64,000 nucleotides of DNA. It comes from Burkholderiales bacterium. GTDB lineage: Bacteria; Pseudomonadota; Gammaproteobacteria; Burkholderiales; SG8-39. Positions 19,162 through 29,066 of this stretch are shown piece by piece (the stretch's first letter is position 1; every line of letters begins with the position of its first letter). The notes beneath the pieces were generated by a model. The model was not told the origin of the DNA and ran no database searches. It worked only from the letters and a program-made list of their open reading frames with translations. Location: NCBI GenBank assembly GCA_014860355.1, contig JACZJV010000114.1, positions 2,453-66,452 on the forward strand, given 5' to 3'. Made by a program: the position numbers and the translations under genes.

Positions 19162-20235
19162 TCATGTCGGAACGGGTTCTTTACGCAATGCGGCGTCCTG
19201 CAGATATCGGATTACGCCGTCGGCGTCGGTCGAACGCCTGAGCGAACCCTGGTAATAGAGGTAGTGCAAGTGCGCCATCGCCTCGCCCATGGCGAAGAAT
19301 AACTGATGCGTGTCGAGTTCGCGCTGAAACAATGCCGGGATCGCCTCGAAGGCCGACAAAGGTTGCGCGCAGGCCTCATGCAGCTCCTCGAAGTGCTGAC
19401 TGTGGTGTTCCTCCAGCTGCTCGACGCGCTCGCGCAAGCCGCGAAACGGCAGCCCGTGCGACGGCAGCACCAGGGTATCGGCCGGCAGCTCGGCATGGCG
19501 TTTGAGCGAGCGAAGAAACTGCTGCAGCGGGTTGCCCTCCGGGTCGATGGACCAGACGCTGATATTGGTGGAGATTTTCGGCAGCACCATGTCGCCCGAA
19601 ATCAGCACGCCCAGTTCCGGGCTATACAACGCCGCGTGCTCGGGCGCATGGCCATAGCCCATGATGACGCGCCAGTTGCAGGCGCCGATGGCGATTTCGT
19701 CGCCGTCCATGATGCGCCGGTAGTTGTGCGGAAACGCCGGCACCGCCAGCCGGTAGCGGTTGCCGCGTACCGCCATCTTTTCCAGAGCCGCAGCGTCGAG
19801 GCCGTTCCTGCGGTACATACCGAGCAAATTGTCCGGGGTGTAGCCGGCGACACCCTCACGGATCGCATGGACGGTAAGGTACTCCGCCTGCGACATCCAC
19901 AGCGTGGCGCCGAAACGCTGACAAAGCCAGTGCGCGAGGCCCGCGTGGTCCGGGTGGAAATGGGTGACCAGCACGCGCCGCGACCGCACCGGCCGGTCTT
20001 GCCCGCCCGGGAGCGTCGCGAAGATTTGCTCCCACAAGCCCTTGCTAGGATCGCTGGCAATACCGCAATCGACGATGGTCCAGCCTTCCCCGTCCTCCAG
20101 CAGCCACAGGTTGATGTGCTCCAGTGCGAACGGCAGCGGCATGCGCAGCCAACGCAGCCCCGGCGCGATCTCCAGGCTGGTGCCGGCGGCCGGCGCCGTG
20201 GCATGCGGATATTGCAGGATTTGCTGCGGGTCCAT
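19162..20235 (-). CDS. MBL-fold metallo-hydrolase
   Basis: 357 aa with the HxHxDH motif VLVTHFHPDHAGLA. Divergent from liuR. Confidence 0.85.
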   Translation of the reverse strand: MDPQQILQYPHATAPAAGTSLEIAPGLRWLRMPLPFALEHINLWLLEDGEGWTIVDCGIASDPSKGLWEQIFATLPGGQDRPVRSRRVLVTHFHPDHAGLAHWLCQRFGATLWMSQAEYLTVHAIREGVAGYTPDNLLGMYRRNGLDAAALEKMAVRGNRYRLAVPAFPHNYRRIMDGDEIAIGACNWRVIMGYGHAPEHAALYSPELGVLISGDMVLPKISTNISVWSIDPEGNPLQQFLRSLKRHAELPADTLVLPSHGLPFRGLRERVEQLEEHHSQHFEELHEACAQPLSAFEAIPALFQRELDTHQLFFAMGEAMAHLHYLYYQGSLRRSTDADGVIRYLQDAALRKEPVPT

Positions 20236-20348
20236 GTTTGAGTCGAGTCCGGCTTAGGCTAGAATGCAGCTACGCTTACTTGGCACGCTCCAAGAACTGC
20301 GATTTTCGCAAATAATTGCGATTCCCGCCATTTATGTTGCTGCGCAAT

Positions 20349-20777
20349 ATGAGCACCGCCCCCCGCCACCAGGAAGAAACGTACGGCATCAGCGACTTGG
20401 CGCGCGAATTCGATGTCACGCTGCGGGCGATCCGCTTCTACGAGGATCAGGGGCTGCTCGCGCCGCAGCGCTCGGGCAGCCGGCGCATCTATGGCAAACG
20501 CGACTATGTGCGCCTGAAACTGATCCTGCGCGGCAAGCGCCTGGGCCTGTCGCTGTCGGAAGTGGCCGCGATGTTCGATTTGTACGATACGGCGCGGGAC
20601 GAAAAGCCGCAGCTGGCCCAATTCCTCGCCGCGCTGGCGCAGCGTCGCGAGCAACTCGAGCGGCAGCGCGCGGATATAGACGAAATGCTGGGTGAAATAG
20701 CGGCATTCGAGGCACAGAGCCGAAAAATCCTTGCCGCCAGCGGCAAAACGGGGCGCAAACTCCACCTGTCAGACTAA
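20349..20777 (+). CDS. liuR: MerR-family transcriptional regulator, LiuR-like
   Basis: ATG 20349 within ORF 20316..20777. YGISDLAREFDVTLRAIRFYEDQGLLAPQRSGSRRIYGKRDYVRLKLILRGKRLGLSL is a MerR HTH. It sits immediately upstream of isovaleryl-CoA dehydrogenase. Confidence 0.8.
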   Translation: MSTAPRHQEETYGISDLAREFDVTLRAIRFYEDQGLLAPQRSGSRRIYGKRDYVRLKLILRGKRLGLSLSEVAAMFDLYDTARDEKPQLAQFLAALAQRREQLERQRADIDEMLGEIAAFEAQSRKILAASGKTGRKLHLSD

Positions 20778-20789
20778 CCGGATGAAGCC

Positions 20790-21968
20790 ATGATCGACTT
20801 TCCCTCACTGCCCTTCGACCTCGGCGTAGAGATCGACATGCTGCGCGACACCGTGCGCGCTTTCGCGGTGAGCGAAATCGAACCGCGCGCGGCCGAAATC
20901 GACCGCGCCAACGAATTCCCCGCCGACCTGTGGCGCAAGCTCGGCGCGCTCGGCCTGCTCGGCGTCACCGTCGGCGAGGCGTACGGCGGCACCGCGATGG
21001 GATATCTCGCCCACATAGTCGCAATGGAGGAGATCAGCCGCGCCTCCGCCTCGGTCGGGCTTTCCTACGGCGCGCATTCCAATCTGTGCGTGAACCAGAT
21101 CCACAGAAACGGCAGCGAGGCGCAGCGAGCGAAATACCTGCCCAAGCTGATATCCGGCGAACACGTAGGCGCGCTCGCCATGTCCGAACCCGGCGCCGGT
21201 TCGGACGTCGTGAGCATGCGGCTCAAAGCCGAATTCAAGAACGGCAAATTCGTGCTCAACGGCAACAAGATGTGGATCACCAATGGCCCCGACGCCGACG
21301 TCCTCGTGGTCTACGCCAAAACCGACGGCGCGGCCGGGCCGCGCGGCATCACCGCCTTCCTCATCGAAAAAGGATTCCCGGGCTTTTCCACCGCGCAGAA
21401 GCTGGACAAGCTGGGCATGCGCGGCTCCAACACCTGTGAATTGGTGTTCCGCGACTGCGAGGTGCCGGAAGACAACATCCTCGGCGGCATGGGTCGCGGC
21501 GTGAACGTGCTGATGAGCGGTCTGGACTATGAACGGGCGGTGCTATCCGGGGGGCCGCTGGGGATCATGGCGGCATGCATGGACGCGGTCATTCCCTATG
21601 TGCACGAACGCAAGCAGTTCGGCCAGCCCATAGGCGAATTCCAGCTGATGCAGGGCAAGCTGGCTGACATGTACACCACCATGAATGCCTGCCGCGCCTA
21701 CGTCTACGCCGTGGGCAAGGCGCTGGACCGCGGCAATCTCAAGGGGGCCGGAGCCCGGAAGGATGCCGCCGGCGCCATCCTCTACGCGGCCGAGAAAGCC
21801 ACCTGGATGGCGGGCGAGGCGATCCAGGCGCTGGGCGGCATGGGCTATATCAACGAAACCCCGACCGGGCGGCTGTGGCGCGACGCCAAGCTCTATGAGA
21901 TCGGCGCCGGCACCTCGGAAATCCGCAGGATGCTCATCGGGCGCGAGCTGTTCGGCGAGACCAAGTGA
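20790..21968 (+). CDS. liuA: Isovaleryl-CoA dehydrogenase
   Basis: 392 aa. Acyl-CoA dehydrogenase fold with IVD-like motifs ([43 protein letters not shown]). Genomic context is liuR. Confidence 0.88.
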   Translation: MIDFPSLPFDLGVEIDMLRDTVRAFAVSEIEPRAAEIDRANEFPADLWRKLGALGLLGVTVGEAYGGTAMGYLAHIVAMEEISRASASVGLSYGAHSNLCVNQIHRNGSEAQRAKYLPKLISGEHVGALAMSEPGAGSDVVSMRLKAEFKNGKFVLNGNKMWITNGPDADVLVVYAKTDGAAGPRGITAFLIEKGFPGFSTAQKLDKLGMRGSNTCELVFRDCEVPEDNILGGMGRGVNVLMSGLDYERAVLSGGPLGIMAACMDAVIPYVHERKQFGQPIGEFQLMQGKLADMYTTMNACRAYVYAVGKALDRGNLKGAGARKDAAGAILYAAEKATWMAGEAIQALGGMGYINETPTGRLWRDAKLYEIGAGTSEIRRMLIGRELFGETK

Positions 21969-22026
21969 GGCCGTCTGCGCCAGCGGCCGCTGTATATCCT
22001 CTATTTGATTGCTGAAAGGAGCCAAC

Positions 22027-23208
22027 ATGAACGATCCTATCGTCATCGTCTCTGCCGCACGCACGCCGATGGGCGCGTTCCAGGGAGAGTTGAAGCAGTT
22101 CGCCGCCGCCGAGCTGGGTGCGGCGGCCATCCGCGCCGCGGTCGAGCGTGCCGGGATCAGACCCGAGCAGGTGGACGAAGTCATCATGGGATGCGTACTG
22201 CCCGCGGGTCAGGGCCAGGCGCCCGCGCGCCAGGCGTCGCTGGGCGCCGGCCTGCCGCTTGCCGCGGGCTGCACCACCATCAACAAGATGTGCGGCTCGG
22301 GGATGAAGGCGGCTATGCTCGCGCACGACCTGCTTGCGGCGGGAAGCAACGACATCATGGTCGCCGGCGGCATGGAGTCCATGAGCAACGCGCCCTATCT
22401 GCTTGCAAAAGCGCGCGGCGGCTACCGCCTGGGCCACGGCCAGCTCATCGACCACATGTTCTACGACGGCCTCGAAGACGCCTACGACAAAGGCCGGCTG
22501 ATGGGCAGTTTTGCCGAGGACTGCGCCGCCAAGTACGGCTTCACCCGGGAGCGACAGGACCAATTCGCGGTGGCTTCGCTAGAGCGCGCACAGGCGGCGA
22601 ACAAGAACGGCGCCTTCGCCTGGGAAATCACGCCGATGAACCTGAAGCCTGGCAAGGACGAGCGCTTCATGGAAATGGACGAGTCGCCGTTCAAGGCGAA
22701 TTTCGACAAGATACCCGTGCTCAAGCCCGCATTCAAAAAGGACGGCACCATCACTGCGGCCAATTCAAGCTCGATCTCCGATGGCGGCGCGGCGCTGGTG
22801 ATGATGCGCCGCTCGACGGCGGAAAAACTCGGCGCGGCACCGCTGGCCATCGTCGTCGGCCACAGCACGCATGCGCAGGAACCCGGCTGGTTCACCACAG
22901 CACCGGTGGGCGCGATCAAAAAGCTTTACGACAAGACCGGCTGGAGCGCAGGCAAGGTGGATCTATATGAAATCAACGAAGCCTTCGCCGTCGTCACCAT
23001 GGCGGCGATGCAGGAGCACGGGCTGGCGCACGAGAGGGTGAATATCCATGGCGGCGCATGCGCCCTGGGTCATCCGATCGGCGCATCCGGCGCGCGCATC
23101 CTGGTGACGCTGATCGGCGCCCTGCGCAAGACCGGAGGCAAGCGCGGCGTGGCCAGCCTGTGCATCGGCGGCGGCGAAGCCACGGCCATGGCGATCGAGC
23201 TGGCCTGA
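22027..23208 (+). CDS. Acetyl-CoA C-acetyltransferase (thiolase II)
   Basis: ATG 22027 after aaggag. MNDPIVIVSAARTPMGAFQG, active-site NKMCGSGMKA and C-terminal NIHGGACALGHPIGASGARIL...CIGGGEATA. Confidence 0.92.
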   Translation: MNDPIVIVSAARTPMGAFQGELKQFAAAELGAAAIRAAVERAGIRPEQVDEVIMGCVLPAGQGQAPARQASLGAGLPLAAGCTTINKMCGSGMKAAMLAHDLLAAGSNDIMVAGGMESMSNAPYLLAKARGGYRLGHGQLIDHMFYDGLEDAYDKGRLMGSFAEDCAAKYGFTRERQDQFAVASLERAQAANKNGAFAWEITPMNLKPGKDERFMEMDESPFKANFDKIPVLKPAFKKDGTITAANSSSISDGGAALVMMRRSTAEKLGAAPLAIVVGHSTHAQEPGWFTTAPVGAIKKLYDKTGWSAGKVDLYEINEAFAVVTMAAMQEHGLAHERVNIHGGACALGHPIGASGARILVTLIGALRKTGGKRGVASLCIGGGEATAMAIELA

Positions 23209-23236
23209 GCCATTCCGAGCGCAAAGAACAGCCTTC

Positions 23237-24370
23237 ATGATCCTCAATCAGGAACAGCAGATGATCCGCGAATCGGTGCGCGCCTTCGCCGCCGAACGCC
23301 TCGCCCCGAATGCGCCGCGATGGGACCGCGATTGCGAGTTTCCGCGGGAGCAGCTCGCGGAAATGGCCGCGATGGGCCTGCTCGGCATCACCGTGCCGGA
23401 ACTATGGGGCGGGGCGGGGCTGGACTATGTGTGCCTGGCAGTGGCTCTGGAGGAAATCGCGGCGGGCGATGGCGCGACCTCCACTATCGCCAGCGTCCAG
23501 GCCCTGGTCTGCAACATCGTCAACGGCTACGGCAACGGTGCGCAGAAAGAGGGCTTTCTCAAACCGCTGGCGCGCGGGGAGTCCCTGGGCTGTTTCTGCC
23601 TCACCGAACCGCATGTGGGCTCGGACGCCGCCGCAATCAGCACGCGCGCCGAGCGCCAGGGCGATCACTACGTCCTCAATGGCGTCAAGCAATTCATCAC
23701 CAGCGGCAAGAATGCGGATGTGGCTGTGGTATTCGCCGTCACCGACAAAGCCGCGGGCAAGAAGGGCATCAGCGCCTTTATCGTGCCTACCGGCAGCCCG
23801 GGATATGTGGTCGCGCGCATTGAGGAAAAGCTGGGCCAGCACGCTTCCGACACCGCGCAGATCCTGCTGGAGAACTGCCGCGTGCCGGAAGCTAACCTGC
23901 TCGGGCCCGAAGGCATGGGCTATCGCATCGCGCTATCCAACCTCGAGGGCGGGCGCATCGGCATTGCGGCACAGTCGGTGGGCATGGCGCGGGCGGCGTT
24001 CGAGGCGGCGTTGAAGTACGCGCATGAACGCGTAAGTTTCGGCAAACCCATCATCGAGCACCAGGCCGTGAATTTCCGCCTCGCCGACATGGCCACACAG
24101 ATCGAAGTGGCGCGGCAGATGGTGCTGCACGCCGCCACGCTGCGCGACGCCTCGCTGCCCTGCCTGAAGGAAGCCTCGATGGCCAAGCTGTTCGCCTCCG
24201 AAATGGCGGAGAAAGTGTGTTCGGATGCGATCCAGATCCACGGCGGCTACGGCTACGTCAGCGACTTTCCGGTGGAGCGTATCTATCGCGATGTGCGCGT
24301 AGCGCAGATCTACGAAGGCGCGAGCGACATCCAGCGCATGGTCATAGGACGGGCACTCGCCGGCGACTGA
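23237..24370 (+). CDS. Acyl-CoA dehydrogenase (short/branched-chain type)
   Basis: 377 aa. GLLGITVPELWGGAGLDY, CLTEPHVGSDAA, FITSGKNADVAVVFAVTD and YEGASDIQR. Confidence 0.9.
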   Translation: MILNQEQQMIRESVRAFAAERLAPNAPRWDRDCEFPREQLAEMAAMGLLGITVPELWGGAGLDYVCLAVALEEIAAGDGATSTIASVQALVCNIVNGYGNGAQKEGFLKPLARGESLGCFCLTEPHVGSDAAAISTRAERQGDHYVLNGVKQFITSGKNADVAVVFAVTDKAAGKKGISAFIVPTGSPGYVVARIEEKLGQHASDTAQILLENCRVPEANLLGPEGMGYRIALSNLEGGRIGIAAQSVGMARAAFEAALKYAHERVSFGKPIIEHQAVNFRLADMATQIEVARQMVLHAATLRDASLPCLKEASMAKLFASEMAEKVCSDAIQIHGGYGYVSDFPVERIYRDVRVAQIYEGASDIQRMVIGRALAGD

Positions 24371-24478
24371 ACCGCAAGCCGCCGCCAGGCGCTACACTAC
24401 GTACTGCGGGGAATCCGCGCCGCCGCGAGCGCCATGCGCTTGCGGCGTCGCCGTCTACATCAAGGAGAGAAAGGCCCT

Positions 24479-24901
24479 ATGAAAACCATGAGCATTCGAC
24501 TGTTTCCCCTCGCTTTGCTGCTCGCCGTCGTACTTCAGGCCGGCGCAGCGCTGGCTGCCGACGCCCTGATCAAAACCGATATCGTGGTCGGCGAGGGGAA
24601 AGAGGCGGTAAGCGGAACGGTAGTGCAGGTCAACTACACCGGCTGGCTATACGACGCCAAGGCCGCGGACCAGCGCGGCGCGAAGTTCGACAGTTCGATC
24701 GGGCGCAGTCCTTTCAGCTTTCCGCTGGGCGCCGGCCGCGTAATCAAGGGCTGGGACCAGGGCGTGGCCGGGATGAAGGTCGGCGGCAAGCGCGTGCTGA
24801 CCATACCGAGCGAGCTGGCCTACGGGCAACGCGGCGCAGGCGGCGTAATCCCGCCCAACGCTACTCTGATATTCGAAGTGGAACTGCTGGGCGTCAAATA
24901 G
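24479..24901 (+). CDS. FKBP-type peptidyl-prolyl cis-trans isomerase (secreted)
   Basis: ATG 24479 after aaggaga. Signal peptide, then [11 protein letters not shown]...FDSS...[39 protein letters not shown]...[14 protein letters not shown]. Confidence 0.92.
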   Translation: MKTMSIRLFPLALLLAVVLQAGAALAADALIKTDIVVGEGKEAVSGTVVQVNYTGWLYDAKAADQRGAKFDSSIGRSPFSFPLGAGRVIKGWDQGVAGMKVGGKRVLTIPSELAYGQRGAGGVIPPNATLIFEVELLGVK

Positions 24902-24917
24902 CGCGCCAGGAGCGGAC

Positions 24918-25526
24918 ATGACTGCAGCGATAGATTTCTACTTCGACTTTTCCTCGCCTTATGGCTATATCGCCAGCACCAGGATAGATGCCCTGGGCGC
25001 CAAATACGGGCGCGAAGTCGTCTGGCGGCCCTTCCTGCTCGGCGCCGCCATGAAAATCACCGGCGGCGCGCCGCTGCCGGGGATACCGCTCAAGGGGGAT
25101 TACGCCAAGCGCGACTTTGCCCGGAGCGCCAAATTCTACGGCGTCGAGTACAAGCTGCCCTCCACTTTCCCGATATCCTCGCAAGCACCGGCGCGCGCTT
25201 TTTACTGGCTCAACCGCAGCGACCCTGAGCGGGCGAAGGCGCTGGTCAGGGCGCTGTATCGCGCGTACTTCGTCGATGACATCAACATCTCCAACCCCGA
25301 GGACAGCATCGCGGTGTGCGCCAAATTCGGCCTGGCCGCGGACGATGTGCGCGCCGCGATCAACGATGCGGCGATCAAGGAGCTGCTCAAGGCGGAGGTG
25401 GACCAGGCGATCGCCCGCGGCGCCTTCGGTTCGCCTTACATCATTGTCGATGGCGAAGCCTTTTGGGGCGTCGACCGCCTGGATCAGATCGAGAAGTGGC
25501 TCGCCAGCGGTGGCTGGAAATATTAG
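24918..25526 (+). CDS. 2-hydroxychromene-2-carboxylate isomerase family (DsbA-like) protein
   Basis: IDFYFDFSSPYGYIAS...GAFGSPYIIVDGEAFWGVDRLDQIEKWL matches the HCCA isomerase family pattern. Confidence 0.8.
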   Translation: MTAAIDFYFDFSSPYGYIASTRIDALGAKYGREVVWRPFLLGAAMKITGGAPLPGIPLKGDYAKRDFARSAKFYGVEYKLPSTFPISSQAPARAFYWLNRSDPERAKALVRALYRAYFVDDINISNPEDSIAVCAKFGLAADDVRAAINDAAIKELLKAEVDQAIARGAFGSPYIIVDGEAFWGVDRLDQIEKWLASGGWKY

Positions 25527-25545
25527 ACCGGCAGCGGACAGGCCT

Positions 25546-25803
25546 ATGAGCGTCGAAAAAATCAAAGTACGCACGGAAAGCGGCCAGACCATGGAGGTCG
25601 TGGTCTTGAACAAGCGCGCCAGCGGGATCGAAGTCGTGCTGGGCGAAGGCATACACAACGTCAAGTGCACGCTTAGCCCGACTCGCAACGGCCTCGCCTA
25701 CGCCGGCAGCGTGATGGGGCGGGAACTGATTTACGAGCGCAGCCAGCGGCAGGTTCAGGCGGACATCGACCTGTTCAATCCCAGCTTGCGCAAATCCAGG
25801 TAA
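25546..25803 (+). CDS. Hypothetical small protein (85 aa)
   Basis: ATG 25546 in the frame of ORF 25117..25803, which only becomes non-overlapping after the upstream gene ends. Codon usage is consistent with the neighbours. No recognisable motif. Confidence 0.45.
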   Translation: MSVEKIKVRTESGQTMEVVVLNKRASGIEVVLGEGIHNVKCTLSPTRNGLAYAGSVMGRELIYERSQRQVQADIDLFNPSLRKSR

Positions 25804-25824
25804 CCCTGAATGCCGGAGGCGCGC

Positions 25825-26775
25825 ATGCAGGCGGTAATATACGACCGCTTTGGCGACGACTCGGTGCTGGCGCTGCGCGAAACCACAGTGCCACAGGCCG
25901 CGCCCGGCGAAGTGCAGGTGCGCGTGCGCATGGCCGGGCTCAATCCAGTGGACTTCAAGCTGCGCAGCGGGATTCTACGCATGCTCGGGCGCCCCAAGCG
26001 TCCGGCGATCACGGGCAAGGATTTTGCCGGCGAAATCAGCGCGCTGGGCGCAGGCGTACAGGGCTATGCAGTGGGCCAGCGCGTATTCGGATCGGTCGAT
26101 CCCCTGGGCGGGCGGGGTACTTGCTCGCAGTTCCTGGCAGTCCCGACCAAGCTGATCGCCCCGACCCCGGACGCGCTCAGCGACGAAGTCGCGGCGAGCC
26201 TGCCGGTCGCCTCGGGCACTGCCCTGCAATCGTTGGTCGATGTTGCCGGGCTTCGTGCCGGCCAGTCTGTCCTCATCAGCGGCGCCTCCGGTGCCGTGGG
26301 CGCGAGCGCGGTGCAAATCGCCCGCTGGATCGGCGCGCAAGTCACCGGCGTGTGCGGCACGGCCAATATCGACTACGTCTGCGCCTTGGGCGCGCAGCGC
26401 GTCATCGACTACAAGCGCGGGGACTGGCTGCAGCCGGGTCAGCATTTCGATGTGGTTTTCGATGCCGCCGCGGCGGCATCGTTCGCGCAGGCCCGGCCGA
26501 TGTTGACGACCGAGGGCATCTATATCAACACCATGCCGCGCGCCGCGCTGTACTGGGCGGCGCTGCTCGCGCGGGCGAGCTCGCGTCAGCGCTGCGTACC
26601 TTTCATGCTCAAGACCGATACCGCATTGCTTGCGCGTCTGGCCAGACTCGCCGCCGAGAGCGTCATCGTGCCGCATATCCACGAGATCGTCGATCTGGCC
26701 CGGGTCGCGTCGGCGCAGCGCCGCATGCAGGAAGGGAAAGTGCACGGCAAGGTGTGCGTGCGCGTGGACGCCTGA
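25825..26775 (+). CDS. NAD(P)-dependent medium-chain dehydrogenase/reductase (quinone oxidoreductase-like)
   Basis: ATG 25825 preceded by ggagg (ORF 25810..26775). MQAVIYDRFGDDSVLALRETTVPQAAPGEVQVRV...LISGASGAVGASAVQIAR is an MDR Rossmann pattern. Confidence 0.85.
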   Translation: MQAVIYDRFGDDSVLALRETTVPQAAPGEVQVRVRMAGLNPVDFKLRSGILRMLGRPKRPAITGKDFAGEISALGAGVQGYAVGQRVFGSVDPLGGRGTCSQFLAVPTKLIAPTPDALSDEVAASLPVASGTALQSLVDVAGLRAGQSVLISGASGAVGASAVQIARWIGAQVTGVCGTANIDYVCALGAQRVIDYKRGDWLQPGQHFDVVFDAAAAASFAQARPMLTTEGIYINTMPRAALYWAALLARASSRQRCVPFMLKTDTALLARLARLAAESVIVPHIHEIVDLARVASAQRRMQEGKVHGKVCVRVDA

Positions 26776-26795
26776 GCGCCACCCCGCATCCGGAT

Positions 26796-27341
26796 CTATT
26801 GCGCAGGCTTCAGCAACTGCGCGAACTCGCCGGCGAAACGCACTACGGCATCCCAATCGGTGTATTCGTAATCGCGCGAGGTGTCGGTCTCGCCGCCGCC
26901 CAAGCCTATGAATACGATCATCACGCGGCGCTTGATCGGGCCGTAGAGGCTGTACTTGACCGCACCGGCGATGCTGGCGACCAGCTGCGGTCTCCAGCCG
27001 GTCTTGCGCACAAATTTATCGATGTAGCGCTGCGCCGCCGCGGGTTTCGGGCGCGGGCCGCCCGCGCTCATGCTCACCGAGAAAAACGCGTTGGGCCGTG
27101 CGCAGATCGTGCCGTGTAGATTGCGTACCAGCGCGCGCAAAGAGGCCGGATGATGGCCGTAATGGATCGATGCGCCGACGATCACACCGTCATAGGCGGC
27201 CGGGTCCAGCTGCGCCGGGTCGGCATCGGCGGGCAGCAGTTCCACGCTGTGCCCTTTTTCGCGCAGGACGTGCGCCATGCGATCGGCAATGAGTTGCGTC
27301 TGGCCTTCGACGCTGGCGTAGAGCAGCAGGATGCGGGACAT
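26796..27341 (-). CDS. hemG: Menaquinone-dependent protoporphyrinogen IX dehydrogenase (flavodoxin-like)
   Basis: 181 aa, colinear with E. coli HemG: ILLLYASVEGQT, VIVGASIHYGH, WRPQLVASIAGAVKY, GGETDTSRDYEYTDW. Confidence 0.85.
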   Translation of the reverse strand: MSRILLLYASVEGQTQLIADRMAHVLREKGHSVELLPADADPAQLDPAAYDGVIVGASIHYGHHPASLRALVRNLHGTICARPNAFFSVSMSAGGPRPKPAAAQRYIDKFVRKTGWRPQLVASIAGAVKYSLYGPIKRRVMIVFIGLGGGETDTSRDYEYTDWDAVVRFAGEFAQLLKPAQ

Positions 27342-27649
27342 GGGCGCGGGTCTTAGGCTACTGGAACGATCGTGGATGGAATTTCACTGTCGCTGTACTC
27401 AGTGCGACGCTGGCGAAATGATGCGCGAGCGAGGCAGCGAAGTCAATTGCGAAACCGCGCGCCGGAAAGGGATCTTGAGCTGCCGGTGACGGGACGGAAA
27501 CATCGGGTTGCCGAGCGGCAGTTTAGGATTGAAGTTTGCGTTCGGTAGCGCGATTTCATTACACCCTGAGCGTCTTCTGATTGCCGCTTACTCACTGACG
27601 CCCGTCACCTGCTGAAACTCCGGCCAGCGAGAGCTTGTTCTCACATGTT

Positions 27650-29041
27650 TCAGCGTGGCGCGCTCCCAACCTCGCCCAGGTCCCAGAAAATGCCGGCCAT
27701 GATCTGCAGCGCCTCGCGCGCGATCGGCGCGAGCAGATGTTCGTTAGGCGCGTGCTGCGAGCACGACGCATAGGAATGCGGAATCCAAACCGTAGGCAGG
27801 CCGAGGACATCGGCGAACACGTCGTTCGGCAACGACCCGCCGAGGTTGGGCAGTATCGCCGGCGCGGCGCCGAGCGTGCGCGCGATCGAGGCAGCGGTCC
27901 ATTTCACCCAGGGATGATCCGGAGCCAGGCGCGTCGCCGCGAAAAACCCATCTCGTGCCGGCGCCAGTTGCACCATTGCGTAGCCCTCGCTATCCAGGTG
28001 CCGGCGCAGCGCAGGCACGATGTCCGCCGGATCCACGCCCACCACATAGCGCAACTGGCAGTGTGCGCTCGCGCGCGGCGGGATCGCATTGACCGGCTTG
28101 TCCGGGTTGCCGGTGACAAAGGCGAGCACTTCGAAGCTGCACCAGCCGAACACACGCTCCGCCGGCGTGAGTCCCGGCTCGCCCCAGTCGGCGTCTATCG
28201 CCGGCCCGTCCGCGCCGCCCTCGATCACTAGGTCGGCGAGCGCCGCGCGCACCGCGGGCGTGAGCGAATCCGGCCGCCACTCGGGCACGCGAATAGCGCC
28301 CTTGGCGTCGGTGATCGAGGCGATCGCGTGCGCAAGCACGATGCCCGGATTCCTGAGCAGCCCGCCCCAGTTGCCCGAATGATGGCCGCCCGCGCGCAGG
28401 TCCACGGCGAGATCGAAGTTGAGCGCGCCGCGCGTGCCCAGGTAAATTGTGGCGCGCCCCGGTTGCAGCCGCGGTCCGTCGGAAGCGATGAGCAAGTCCG
28501 CGGCGAAGCGCTGTTTGTTTTGCTCGCACAGTTGCCTGAGCCCGGGCGAGCCGGTTTCCTCACCGGTCTCGATCAGCAGCTTGACGTTGTAGCCCAGATG
28601 AGCGCGCGTCTTCAGCACCGCCTCCAGCGCGCCCAGGTTGATGGTGTGCTGGCCCTTGTTGTCGGCGCTGCCGCGCCCGTAGATGCGTTCGCCTTCGCGC
28701 TGGAGCACCCAGGGATCCAGCCCCGCGCGCCACTGCTCCTCCTGCCCGCGGATCACATCGCCGTGCCCGTAGCTGAGCAGTGTAGTCAGCGCTGCGTTCT
28801 CGATGCGTTCGGCAAACAGGAACGGCCCACCCTTGTCCGCAGGATTGGCGAATAGGCTGCACTGAAAACCCAGGCGTTCCAGCCAGGGCTGCATTTCGGC
28901 CTCGAGGTAGGCCGAGAGTTCCGCGCCCCGCGCCGGGTTCTGGCTCTCGGTCTTGATCGCCACCCGCCGCGCGAGGTCGGTAAAGAACCCGCCCTCGTCG
29001 AAATAGCGCTCGGCTTGTTGAATCGCTGCGGCACGGCTCAT
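27650..29041 (-). CDS. M20-family metallopeptidase (dipeptidase-like)
   Basis: 463 aa. LLSYGHGDV...GRGSADNKGQH...LIETGEE(T)GS are typical M20 metal-binding and catalytic motifs. Confidence 0.88.
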   Translation of the reverse strand: MSRAAAIQQAERYFDEGGFFTDLARRVAIKTESQNPARGAELSAYLEAEMQPWLERLGFQCSLFANPADKGGPFLFAERIENAALTTLLSYGHGDVIRGQEEQWRAGLDPWVLQREGERIYGRGSADNKGQHTINLGALEAVLKTRAHLGYNVKLLIETGEETGSPGLRQLCEQNKQRFAADLLIASDGPRLQPGRATIYLGTRGALNFDLAVDLRAGGHHSGNWGGLLRNPGIVLAHAIASITDAKGAIRVPEWRPDSLTPAVRAALADLVIEGGADGPAIDADWGEPGLTPAERVFGWCSFEVLAFVTGNPDKPVNAIPPRASAHCQLRYVVGVDPADIVPALRRHLDSEGYAMVQLAPARDGFFAATRLAPDHPWVKWTAASIARTLGAAPAILPNLGGSLPNDVFADVLGLPTVWIPHSYASCSQHAPNEHLLAPIAREALQIMAGIFWDLGEVGSAPR

Positions 29042-29066
29042 TTGACTGCTCCCGAAATTGGGTTGC

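Noticed and set aside
20281-20298. Sigma-54-like TGGCAC (20281-20286) upstream of liuR.
   Set aside because: The -12 element is missing: the sequence 5 nt downstream is aagaa, not TTGC.
27342-27649. 308-bp spacer between hemG and the M20 peptidase, examined for a small gene or RNA.
   Set aside because: It contains only very short ORFs and weak inverted repeats (gctgaaac...gtttcagc with a 28-nt loop). There is nothing I can support.
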